DNA of 64,000 nucleotides, taken from the NCBI RefSeq assembly GCF_009914755.1, contig NC_060926.1; one strand, 5' to 3'. The stretch is from the human T2T-CHM13v2.0 reference genome, Homo sapiens. The notes beneath the pieces are model-generated. The model saw only the letters and a program-made list of their open reading frames with translations. It was not told the origin of the DNA and ran no database searches. This document shows positions 25,762 to 38,400 of this stretch, in pieces. The translations under genes and the position numbers were made by a program. How positions within the stretch are numbered: the stretch's first letter is position 1; every line of letters begins with the position of its first letter.

Positions 25762-25890
25762 TCAAACACAGTTACGCTGAAATCGAGCCAGTTCCATGGA
25801 TCACCGAGGAAGGAAAATGATCCTGCCCAGACACCTCTTGCAAAGAGTTTTACAAGTATTTCAAATGTGTAAATTCCAAGCAAAGTATTC
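25762..25890 (-). CDS. SCN7A: SCN7A coding exon 4 (DI S2-S3): [19 protein letters not shown]...[14 protein letters not shown]
   Basis: Acceptor ttctgcAG, 129 nt, donor GA|GTGAGT. Conserved GIYTFE and DPWNWLDF motifs. Confidence 0.97.
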
Positions 25891-26192
25891 CTGCAGAAAT
25901 TTTTTCATATAAATATTATTGGTGAGAATAATACATTGTCAACTCTGAAATACTATGTTTATGATAACTAGCTGGCATTTAAGAATAAGTCATCAGGAAG
26001 GTGAGACCAGGTCTACTTGGTAGGCCAAAACCAACCAACCACCAATAAATTAGACAACATTCAAGAAAGCAAGTGCTCCTTGAGCCCTAGCTCAATGCTT
26101 TAAACAGAATTTAAAGCCCTAGCTCAATGCTTTAAATAGGGTAGGCTGTGTCTTATAGCATTTGTCATGACATTTGACTTTTAAATTTTTTT

Positions 26193-26642
26193 ATTACTGT
26201 AGCCATGTAGTATAATTTGAAGTCAGGTAACAAGATGCCTCCAGCTTTGTTTTTTTTGCTTAGGATTGCCTTAGCTATTTGGGCTCCTTTTTGGTTCCAT
26301 ATGAATTTTCTTTTACAGGAACATGGATGGAACTGGAGACCATTATCCTTAGCAAACACAGAAATGGAAAACTAAATACTGCATGTTCTTACTTAGAAGT
26401 GGGAGCTAAATGATGAGAACACATGGACACATAGAGGGGAGCAACAGACACTGGGGCCTTTTGGAGGTTAGAGGGTGGGAGGAGAGAGAGGATCATGAAA
26501 AAAATAACTAATGAGAACTAGGCTTAATACCTGCGTGATGAATAATCTGCACAACAAAACCCCATGACGCAAGTTTACCTATGGAACAAACCTGCACTTG
26601 TGCCTCTGAACTTGAAAGTTAAACAAAAAGTAAAAAAAAAAA
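26193..26642 (+). mobile_element. 5'-inverted L1PA fragment
   Basis: Antisense ORF2 piece (KFIWNQK...LPDFKLYY) 26193-26308 joined to a sense 3' end with tail. TSD not clear. Confidence 0.8.
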
Positions 26643-27243
26643 GTTCAATAAATCCTAGCTGAGAGGTGATAGTCTTTATACATTATGTAGGTAAATGACA
26701 AAAACATCAAATATCAAATTTGCTCCCTATAGGGATTACACAATAATTAATAATCATCATTAAGGGCATGTGTAAGATCTAATTTTATTATATATATATT
26801 CAAGGATTTTTTATGGTGATATTGTTACAGTCACCTTCCAAAATCAACTAGTTTTAATAATAAAAACTCAAAAGGTAACTTCAAGAAAGCCTTTTCCCCC
26901 AGAAAATTTAATGGGCCTTTCCATCCTTACAGTCCAATGCAAGTCATACTACTGGTATGTCCTAGGAAAGAGAGGAATAGAACAGAAAGGGAGAAAGTGA
27001 TTTTCTTAATGAATGGAAAGGAATGAAAGTTACCTGAGTTAGAAGCAAATCAGGAATGAGATTGCAATAGCAAAGAAAATAGATGTGAAGCACTGAAATA
27101 TTATCTTAATCATTAACAAATATTAAATTTATTATAATATAAAATATAATGTATCATAATTCAATGTTATTAAAATAAAATGTAAAATATTAAAAATATA
27201 CAATTATATATGATATTATGTATAAAATAATTATATAACATAC

Positions 27244-27333
27244 TCTAATACTGGTCTCCATTTTGGCAAATTAGTCAGGGACATGAATACGCAATCAATC
27301 AGGACACTAATTAGAATAAACAGTTGGAAAAAG
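27244..27333 (-). CDS. SCN7A: SCN7A coding exon 3 (DI S1): FFQLFILISVLIDCVFMSLTNLPKWRPVLE
   Basis: Follows the AC acceptor, 90 nt, donor GA|GTATGT. Confidence 0.95.
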
Positions 27334-27670
27334 GTAGCTTATAGTCAAGGAATAATAGTTAATAAATAATATTGGAAAAGATATATTTCTATGATATATA
27401 TTTCTTAAATGTTGAAAAATATTAATCTTATTGAACAACAATGGGCATTAATATTTGTTAATATTTACTATTGTTGTGTATATTAGAAAATATACTTTAT
27501 ATGTATTTTCAAATGTGGAACACTTAATGAAGTATAATCTAGATTTCAATATGACCCAACATGAGATATAAATTGAAAAGAGAAAAATACTGCAGAAATA
27601 ATTGAATAATAGTATAGTTGCAGTTAATGTCAGCACAGTTTAAAGTCAACAAGTCAACAGAAAAGGATAT
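27334..27670 (-). other. SCN7A: U12-type (minor spliceosome) AT-AC intron, 337 nt
   Basis: 5' end ATATCCTTT, branch site TTCCTTGAC (27352-27344), 3' end AC at 27335-27334. Removal restores CC|C (Pro) in frame. Confidence 0.95.
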
Positions 27671-27789
27671 GGATGTACCAAAACCTTGATAGTTGTTCTT
27701 CTAATACAATTGAAAGGAGACAATGTACACAAGATGGAAGCCGCATTGAATCTGAAGATTGTTCTATTTTTATTTAATACTATGAAAGT
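27671..27789 (-). CDS. SCN7A: SCN7A coding exon 2: [40 protein letters not shown]
   Basis: Acceptor ttcttacAG, 119 nt, ends at U12 donor CC|ATATCCTTT. In frame with the previous exon. Confidence 0.96.
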
Positions 27790-28424
27790 CTGTAAGAAGA
27801 AAAGCGATCAAGTGAAATTAGAACTCAGAACCATAATCTCATCAATTATGCAATAAACTGCCAATCAATCATCATTATAGTCTTGGACTCTAAAAGCCAT
27901 ACTCTTCTTTTTTTATATATTTTTATAGACTAAGTCAAATGGAAAGATTTTAGATGTTTTTATTCATATTTAGGCTTGCCTATTTATCTACCATTTTTGT
28001 TTTTTTGAGTTTTTTGCTACTGCTACACCCGAGAAAGTTGTTTGTCTCAAGCCAACCCCTGGTCTCCTTAGAGAACGAACAGAATAGGAAGAACACAATA
28101 TCCCAATGGCTCACGAAGATCCATTTAAAAATGCCAGAGCTGGTGTATCTGAGAACGTTAATGAATGTTAAAAGTTCGATTTTATTTCAGAGCAAATCAA
28201 ATGTGGGATTAGGATAGCAAAGAAGATCCAATGAATTGAAATAGTACATTAATTCTTAACAATTGTCTATGAAATAAAACCAAACTTGCATGATATCATT
28301 AACATACATATATCTAAACCAGAAATTTATATCATGTAAACCTAATACATTGAGATATTAAAGCATTAAAATTCTAACAAAAAATAATGAAATATCAGAA
28401 ATATTCTGAAATTAAAATTGAGTC

Positions 28425-28549
28425 ATATATCTATGTGTACATGCTTGTGTATGTACATGAATGTGTGTGTGTGTATATATATATATACCTGTAAATGAGC
28501 AAGTTTGCATATTTTTATATTTGTGTATATATATATACACATATATATG

Positions 28550-28583
<34 letters not shown>

Positions 28584-28620
28584 CACACACACACATTCAG
28601 TGAAAGTGTGTATATATATC
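28425..28620. repeat. (TA)/(TG)/(CA) microsatellite cluster
   Basis: Read directly. Confidence 0.9.
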
Positions 28621-30907
28621 CACCATATATCCATTTGGAAAAAAAATCTTATTGTGGGGTATAAATACAAATGTGAATATTTTATAGCTTACAGTCTAAA
28701 AGAGTGTATTTTATAATTTATAACATATAACATACTGAAACACAATAAATTATAGTATACTAAAATTATATATTAAATATCTATTAGATACTACGGTATT
28801 ATATGTTATACAGAGGTGATTATTTCTATTTATATTTGTATATATACAGAAAAATAGACTACTTAGTACAAATATACATTCAACAATATTTCATGAATAA
28901 GTGTTCTAAATGGAAACCAAATTGTGATATAATTCTTAATAAAATAATATTTTTCTAACACACAATCTGTGAACACTTTGACCTACACTATAGCTATTTT
29001 CCCTCTATTTTAAATGCAAACAGAAAATAAAAATTAAAAAGAGCCAAAGTAAATCTGATTTTTTAAAATGTGCTTTTCATGCTATTTTCCAGAACAATCT
29101 CAAACTTCACACAAGATGTAATATATGCCATTGTGATGAAATGACTAATTTTAGGTATAATAATCTCCCAATTTAAGAGCTGAAACTGTTTTGTTAATTA
29201 TAAAAGTATTTATTTTATGCCACTTTTAACAGAATAAACCAAATACAAGTCAAATAAATTGTCGTTTGTAACAGCACTTTTCTACCAAGCTATCCGTGCA
29301 GTTCTTGCTCCAGATGTTTCATGGGAACTAGACCAAGAGTAACTCTGGGCCTTGGTTTATTTTGCAAAATCTTTGGTTTTGTCTTCAATAACAGAACTAG
29401 CACTTTGCCAGCCATGTCTGTACATGCAGCAGGGTACTCAGAACTCTGCAGTATTACACCTATCCCTACAGTTACTGTGCCATATCAATTATTATGACAT
29501 AAACATAGCAAAAACTGAATGTAGAGGTAATTGAGATGAGGGCCTAACTTATACTTTCATTAAAATGCTCTCAAGATTAAGCATGTATATTATAACAATG
29601 CTGCATAATGCCCATGGAGGCTACCCGAGATACTGCAGTCATTTAAGTTAATATATACATTTCTACTGTAAAATGTCAATAATCTTCCACCATGACAAGT
29701 ATTCCAAATAACTGTAATTTATTAAAAAAAAAATCACTTTGTCTTCCATCCAGAGAATGTGGTGCAATTCCTTGTCACCCATTTGATAATATCATTGAAT
29801 GCTCTACAAGAATATCAAATTACGTTTGCTATGAAGCTAATCATCACCTCCCTCGAATTTGATATTCTTTCTAGTTATTTCATTTTGTCAGTGGCATCAC
29901 CATTCCTCTAAGCTGAAAACCTTGGCATTTTTAGTCAGTCAGGTCATGCTGTTTCTTCTCAGCTTTGTTCTCTCTGTCTCCTTGCGACTTCAGTCCCGGA
30001 TTACTCTCTGTGTTATTTCATCTTTCTAGGCCTGTCTCTTCCATGCAATCATCATTTAGAAATCTGCTGGGTTAATGCTACTTAAACATTATATTCATTG
30101 CATCAGTCCTTTGATCACCATATTAAATCCATGTTGATATCTCCATTATCTCACCTCATATCTCGTAACTTGCAACAGCTAAGTTTCCAGTTATAGCATC
30201 ACTTTCTCTTTTCCTCCTTCCAGAATCATTCTCTGCTCTTGCCTACACATAGGTCTTCTCTTTCCCTTATTAAAACTTTGAAGTGCTCTTTAAGCTATAA
30301 CTCAAATTCTGCATCCTTAATGATTCTTTCAGCTTCATTGGTTCATACCAATCTCTGATTTCTAAATGCAATTATTTTTATATTTAGCATTTTGTGCTTG
30401 TTCTGGGATTGGACATATAGTAGTAGGTGCCTAAAGTCATTCTGGAGATAAGGAGTAAGTGTATGTATGTATGAATGAATAAAAATGATAAATAACATAC
30501 GGGTTGTATTTACTTTTCTAACTTCTGAGTAAGTTCATCATATTGAACATTTTAAATTGTTGAGCATGTTCTGGGCATTTTATAGGCATTTTAAAATTGA
30601 TAACCACAAATGGACAATCATCATGTTCCCTTAAAATATTTCACTTACATTAAGGCATACTAATACATATATTATGAAGTAGAGTAATCCAAAATATACT
30701 GCCTAACCAGGTAAGATATCAGTTTTGACAAAAATCTCCAATATGTGTGTTCCCAAAATGAGATATCTTATGTCGTTCTGTAAAATTTAAAATCAGATCT
30801 TTCCCTGTTTTTCATTATCTTTTTGTATCCTATCTCAATTACATTTTCTGTATGTCTGGAAATAAAATAATAAAAATGTCATCAAAATAATCTCAATTAA
30901 TACTCAC

Positions 30908-31141
30908 ATTTTTTTTCTTGTAGTAATATGGGTCCACATCTTCCAAGGGCTCTGACACCATTCCTTGAGAAAGGTTTCCATAAATAAATGGAAGCTTTTT
31001 GCCAACTTCCAAATCAGGAGTTGGCTTTAAGTCTTCTTCTTCATGGTCTTCATTATGTGTTTTAGCAATATGCTGTTTTATAAGTTCAAAAGACTCTTTA
31101 GTGAAGGGAACAAGGCCCTTAGGTTCTGGTGAAGCCAACAT
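30908..31141 (-). CDS. SCN7A: SCN7A/Nax first coding exon (exon spans 30908-31155, 14 nt UTR): MLASPEPKGLVPFTKES...DPYYYKKKN
   Basis: Acceptor tttttgcAG at 31156, ATG at 31141, donor AAT|GTGAGT. Nav N-terminal motifs (PFT.ES, DLEVGKKLPFIYG, SEPLEDVDPYY); recognised as the Nax N-terminus. 234 nt. Confidence 0.97.
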
Positions 31142-31643
31142 TTCCAATTTTGTACCTGCAAAAAATTCTGTATTAAAGTTGGGTATACTAATAAAACATA
31201 AAAGTACAAAAGATTAGGATACGAAAAATAGAGACCAGTAAACTGAATGTATGCATTTAAAGAACATATTCCTTAGTTTTGTAGAAATCTAAGTTGTCCT
31301 GAGTTTTATTGTACTTAATATCAGACTTAATTTGTAATTTCATGAGTAACTCAGTCTGCTTCACTTATTCATCGTTTTAACATTCTTTTACTGAAATCTA
31401 CCTTTCAACTTCTCCATTATAATAAAAGAGATATTTTTTAGAAAGATCTTTTTTGCTAGAGATACTTTTTTCTGGCCAAATCCAATTATTTCCCTGTGAG
31501 ACATATTTAACAACTGACTACACTTTTCTTCTTTAAACTTACTCATCATTGGCCCTGCACCCTACTCTTCCATGTCTCTTTTTGTATCTCTGATTACTTT
31601 TTTCAAATCAATTACAGTATCGGTCAAATATTAACCCAAATTT

Positions 31644-31780
31644 ACATCAGGTATATCTCACACCAACATGGCACATGTATACATGTATACATATGTAACA
31701 AACCTACACGTTGTGCACGTATACCCTAGAACTTAAAGTATAATAAAAAATATATATAATATATATAAAAAGAAAAAAAA
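31644..31780 (+). mobile_element. Tiny L1PA 3' tip with micro 5' inversion
   Basis: 14-bp TSD attaacccaaattt (31630-31643, 31781-31794). 31641-31659 is the reverse complement of L1 3'UTR GAGATATACCTAATGTAAA with one mismatch. Confidence 0.85.
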
Positions 31781-33620
31781 ATTAACCCAAATTTTAACTC
31801 TGATATCTCTTAAGGGTTTGCCTTCTTCCTCTGTTATATCTATCATTCTGATGAATGCACAGGCAAACAGAGTTTTAATTACTCTTTGCATTCAAATATT
31901 TATCAAGTACATGTGAATATTTCCCAAATGCTTTCTTCCCCCAGCTGTCTATATAGTAAATTCACCAATGGCAGCAACTTAACAGGTAAAAACAAAATTA
32001 TCTTTCTGCATGACTAGAATTACTCTTTAACCTGTGAGCTACTGTAAAAATAAAAACTCAAACTAATTATCTTGAAAATTACTGATGGCATTTTTCTCTC
32101 TGTCATCAATCCTTATACAAAAAATAATTTTCTTTCAATAATTTTCTATGATTCTTGAATACTATTTATTTATATATGTCCTTGAACGTAATCATCTTTG
32201 TAATTCTATCTTTGGGGTACTCTAGTAGTCTTCACATATTTCAACTCTAGTCTTTACCTATTTCAAGTTATCCTATAGGCAACTCAAAGTAGTGTTCATT
32301 AAATATAATTTCATGCATCAATTCCCCATTCATGAACCTGGTTCTTTTTTCACACATACAAATATTTTATTTTACTAATTTGTTCCAGTCCAATTCCTGT
32401 CAAAATTTACTCTTCCAATGATTCTATTCAATGTCAAAAGATTGATTTTTCTTTATTTGTTCATCTAAACACTCTTTGTAATTTTATTATTGCAATTAAA
32501 GATAATAAATTTTGGTTTTGATATTGTGGCATTTTGCATCTGTGTATTTTCTCTCACAATGCTGGCACTAGCTGAATTACTTCTATAAGATTTTCCCAAG
32601 ACAGAAATCACCTACACATATATATACTCACACATATGTTCTACTTCAGAATTTTTCACTGTTGTGCATAAGTGAGTTGTTTAATACTTTAACACATTAC
32701 TTGTCTATTAATTAAAAGTAAGCATAAGATAAGTATTTAATATTATTGGGACACCATTCATTGCAAGAATCAGACTTCAACTGCTAGCATAAGTAAATGA
32801 CGGGCAGGATATATTTTAAATATACAAAACGCAATCTTATAGACATTCAAGGGGAGGATACATGGTACATTTCTGTGTTATAAATGTTCTGTGGAAAATA
32901 AAAATGAGAAGTAAAGATGAAAATAAAATATTGGGATGACTACTTATGCCTTTTGTGGAATCAAGTTTTCTGGGTTTTGCTTTGCTTTTCATGTCTGCCG
33001 CATTCTACTTAAAGAATGGCTTCCTTTTCTTACATCTAAGAATACACATAGACTAAAAATATTGACAGTCTTAACTTTATTTGGTTTTTCAGTTTAAGTT
33101 CTGACCACATACCTATGACATATGTCTCAAAAAAAAGGTAAACAGAAATATACTTTGACTGAGCCCAGCCTCTGGATTCATTTACAAGAACCAGTCACAA
33201 ATGACTGGTTCAGTCATTTGTAATCAAAGACAGGGATATTTTTGCAATAGCAGTGGTTTCTTATGCCCAAGTCCCTCAAGAAATGTTTCAGAGATAGGGT
33301 ACAAGGAAATTTTAAAGGGAAGAATATGTGCTAGGAAGATCAAAATGTATCTACTTAGAGCTGTCTTCCCAGACTAATGGTATAAAAACTCACCTTAAAA
33401 TTTACTTATTTCCAAATATCTGAGACATTACAAATTTGCTAAGATTATTTATAGATACCATATGCACACATATACAAACATGCATATGGTCACATTTCAC
33501 ATGTTAAACTTTATTAAGGGGAGCCAAGATGCTCTGAATAAGTACAATTTATGAGTATAAGCTACAGATAACCAAGTTTTCTCTTACATATGAAATTTTT
33601 TCCTTTAAAATAGCCTTTCA

Positions 33621-34030
<410 letters not shown>

Positions 34031-34049
34031 TTACTATATTATGATAAAA

Positions 34050-35400
34050 TATAGTGATGCTCCCAAAGGCAACTGCTGAATGATCCTGTTATACTTTTAG
34101 ACTTTTGTTTCCTGCCTTAGCAATCAACTGTGACTTGACATTGTCTTGGTATTTTGAATCTCCTCCTTCTATGTGGAAAGAGAATATCGAAATTTTCTGG
34201 GTGAAGGACTAAAGATTGTTGAACTTCTTCGAAGAAAAAATTCATGGGCTTTGTGACAGTAACTGGTTGCTCAGGGACTTTTTTCTTTTTACGTGAACCA
34301 ATCCTATTCATGCTCTACTTTCTCACCATAAGCCTTGACTATTTAATAAGGAAAAATGAAGTAAAATATATGTATTTGAACGTTAGTAAGTCATTTGTAA
34401 AATGTCTCACAAGAAGAAAAAATACGTGCTAGATAGCATTAAAATAAGATAGGCCTATAAGGACTCCAGGTTTTTGTCTAAAGGCTGGTGGCCAATGGAT
34501 ACGACATATCCAAGTTATCTATATTCGATATGACTTATTCAACATATCAACAATTTAGGTTGTGATAGAGAAACAACCTAGTAGAAACAAATAAAATCAT
34601 GATCTTTGAACTTAGACCTACAGTCAAATCCTGAACTCTGTGACTAATGTTCTAAGAAACCTCAGTCAAATTATTTAATATCCCTGAACATATTTTCTCA
34701 GTCATAAAATTGGGATTCCTCTTCCAGTTAAATAAGAATAAATCAAAATAATATGAGTAAAAATACCTAGTACAGTGATTGGCACATAATACATGGAAAA
34801 TAAATATAAATTTTTAACTGTGATAAAATTTGCTGTATTAGAATGGTGAGTCAAATTTACTACAAAAAAATATAATAGAAATACTTGTAAAACTTCAAAA
34901 TTTGGACTAAAATACCCATCGGCACAAGTACAGTAGAGAAGAGATGTGTTTTTGAAACAGAGAAAATTGTCAAGGGATTTTACTTAATAGTAACTGCAAT
35001 ACAAATCAATACTAATTTGTGTCTGCCAAGAACACTAATATAACCTGTATCTGTGTTGATAGAAGATGCAGGAGGCAGTCCGTCTCTACTGTGCTGTAAT
35101 CCAAGAACACCACACCTGAAAGGCATGTCAACAAACTGAAGGGTCTTCAAATGGAACCAGAAGGTTGATTAAGTAAAATAAAACAATTTACAGACAAGCT
35201 AAAAGAATGGAGAATGTATAGTTGAGGTGGAAAAAACTCAAGTACAATCTTACTATTTCCAAGTATCCGAATGGTTCTAATGTGGAAGAGAAATTAGACT
35301 TCCATGTTGTTCAAAAAGGATGAACTAGAATCAATGAGGTGAAGCCAGAAGAGATTTGGCTTGAGAAAGTAAAGATCTTTCTAATAGCTGTCAAAAATGA
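34050..35400 (+). mobile_element. Ancient CR1/L3 LINE fragments interrupted by a MIR (~34590-34810)
   Basis: EVKYMYLNVSKSFVK resembles the CR1 RT motif AVDVIYLDFSKAFDK. 35090-35160 resembles L3 sequence. Boundaries approximate. Confidence 0.6.
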
Positions 35401-38400
35401 AATGGGTTGGTTTGGACATCAGACCTTCCCCTTAACTACCAATGTGGACGCACATACTCCTTTACAGGCAGTGGGATGATCCGAATATTGGTTGTTAATT
35501 TCAACATCTTACAATTTTGGAACATTTCTAAGGTTAAGATCATTGGTTGAATTTGTTGCACAATTTCACATGATATAAAAGTCTGACTGAAATATTAGCT
35601 AACTAAAACTATGCAGCATTGAATTAACAAAATCAGTATATTTTTGATATTTTTAGGGATCCATTCTGATTGCCAAAAGTATTACTAAACTAAGTTAAAA
35701 ATATTAACCTTAAAAGAATACAAAAAAAGAGGTTATAAACTTCTTGCATGGATGCTGCCATCAATGAAAATGGTTTAAACACCTTCCATCAAAACTGCAA
35801 GACCCAATTTGCTAGCCTGTCTTCCTATTGCATAGTCCTAGTATAATATCCCTTTTCTTTTTCTTTTACTACTCCATAAGAAAATAATCTTGGACTCTTC
35901 ATTTTGCCACCCCCCAGCTATGAGACCTCAGTAACATCACCTGACCTTTCCTCATATATAAAATTTGGAATCCCTCATATATCTCACAAGGTTTTAAAGA
36001 TTAAATCAAACCACAAAGAAATCCTGGACCACAGCACTGGTTTCATCAGTACTGGTTTCATCAGTACTGATTCTGTCATCCAACCCAGTCACTTATCCCA
36101 GAAGATTATTTTAGTGATAATTTTGATGTTGAATCAAACTACCCTGGGTTGTTGACTAGATGAATGAATGAATGAATAGACAGCAGGCATTGCCTTCTGC
36201 GATACTGCAAAAAAAAAAAAATGCAAGCACTTATCAAATAGAAGTGGCATGCATCTGACTTCTAGATGGTTGAGTGCAGACTGTTAAATTATTAATCATT
36301 AAATCATAATTCAGCAAAATCATTTCTGTGGGGAATTTATGTAATATGGTCCACGCACTACGCTTTCTGGTGAGCCATCTTAATACAGCACTAAAGTCCG
36401 AAAAAATATAGAAAGATTAATAGTTAATCCATCCATTAGACTTCTTTCTGAAAAATTGAATAGCTAAAGTAAGCTTTTGGCAATAATTCTATCAAAGTCA
36501 ATTGTATCAAGTCCAGATTTGGACACTAACAAATTCATTGTACCAATATTTTATATTGTTGACTGAAGTGGAATCCATTTCTGTTGAATGTCAGTTGAAA
36601 TTTGCAGGAGCAGCAGAAGTATATGGAAATGGGGTGAATTTTTATAGAAAAAAAATTTCTCCTTGAAACGAATTTCAAATTTGAGTATGAGCCAAAATTT
36701 ATTTTAATCCTTATGGCAATTATGATTATGGCCATGCTTACCAAGTACCATTTTTGAAGAAGTGGACTAGACGTTTCTAATTAAATTATTTTACTTTCTC
36801 ACATATCTTCCTGCCTTCTAGTTACTCGGATAGTGTGGGGTTTGTGTATGTTTGTTATATTTATTTGCGTAGTTTTGTGTACATATTATGTTGTATTTGT
36901 TTTTCTTGTTGTACTGCATTGTTTGTGGAACACCTATAAGAAGGTTTGGAAGTGGGCAGTTCTCATTATCCCTGGCTCCATGCACTACTTGCATTAAGAT
37001 AAATTCTAGATGGCTCAACTATTTAAATACAAAATAAAATTTAAATTTAAAACAACAAAACTTATAAAATCAATAATAAATAAATTTATCTTTAATAATT
37101 TAAAATAGAAATCTTAGTTTAATGAAGGAAAGTGCTGGTTAGGGTATGAAAAAACACTCAAACTTTTTTGATCATATAAAACAGTATAATTATTCTAAGA
37201 GGAAAGCTGGTACTGTTTATAAATAAAAACGTTTACACTTTATCCTAGCAATTCAAGCAACAGAGACTTGACTCTTGGGTACAAATGTCAAACCAATTTA
37301 GGTACTCAAATCTGTTCACAGTAGTGTAATTTTTATACCTAAGAGAAGAAGTCAACATATATCTCAGGTGCAGCCACTAAAAAAGATTATAGTACATCCT
37401 TAAAAGGAACTACTATTATTTTTTGTTATTCTGTAACTATATTGAATTTTAAGGTTAAATACATATAGAATGATTTAAAAATAGAAACAAGTGTTAACTG
37501 GGAAATAATGTGTCTCTTGATATCTTAATAATTTTTTTAACACTAATAGCTTGTTTCTAACTTTGTACATAGATAATGGGTTCTCACAGTGAAGGCTATA
37601 AAATCTGGCTTGTATGACTGACTGTCATTCATATAAAGAATATGGACTATGGGGAAAGCATCAGCTTAGAAATTAGGGAAAGATGTCTTTTATTTTTTGG
37701 TGGGTTTGAGGCACATCTGAAACAACTAAAAGAACAATTCAGAGACTGGAAATATAAATCTGGAGGTAAATATACATAATTAAACTGTATGTATGTGTAC
37801 ATGTTTTATATGCAAATATAAATAGATATATTTATGTACCTATGAGTGTGTATATAAATGTATATATAGTATATGGTTATATAAATATATAAATAGCTGA
37901 AACTCAGAGAAATAAAAGGATTATGTGTATTTGCAAAATGTGTGAAATTCTTTATGGAATGATTACAAGGGGAGCATATTGAAAAGCACCTACCTATTAT
38001 GATTTATGATTTAAAAATCTAATCTTGAAGGCTAAAGATTTTATATGTCATCACTAATACATGTTTTAAGTCACATGGCTCAAATACTATTAAGGTATAT
38101 CACAGTCAAATCTTGAAAACAATTTGGAAAAAATGACACATTATAAATTAGGAAATAATGATTAAGCATGATCACTGCCTTCTTAGCAGAAAATAAAAAG
38201 GAAACCAGAAGACAGTATAACAGTATCTTAAAGGTGTCAAAGGGAAAAGAAATTTAAGACTAGAATTCTACATACAGCAAAAATACTCTTCAAGAATGAA
38301 GACAAAATAAATATATTTTCACATATCTCAGATGGACATGTCTATGTTTAAGAAGGAATGAAGAGGATGAAAAGTAATAAATATATGGGAATATATCTTT

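Noticed and set aside
31142-31147. N-terminal extension (ME-) shown in the ORF track
   Set aside because: The track starts at a TTG; the first in-frame ATG is at 31141.
34117-34311. Minus-strand ORF beginning MNRIGSRKKKKVPEQP, superficially like the Nav DIII-DIV linker (MKKLGSKKPQKPIPRP)
   Set aside because: Wrong place in the gene, similarity ends after a few residues, and the opposite strand is better explained as CR1/L3 RT sequence.
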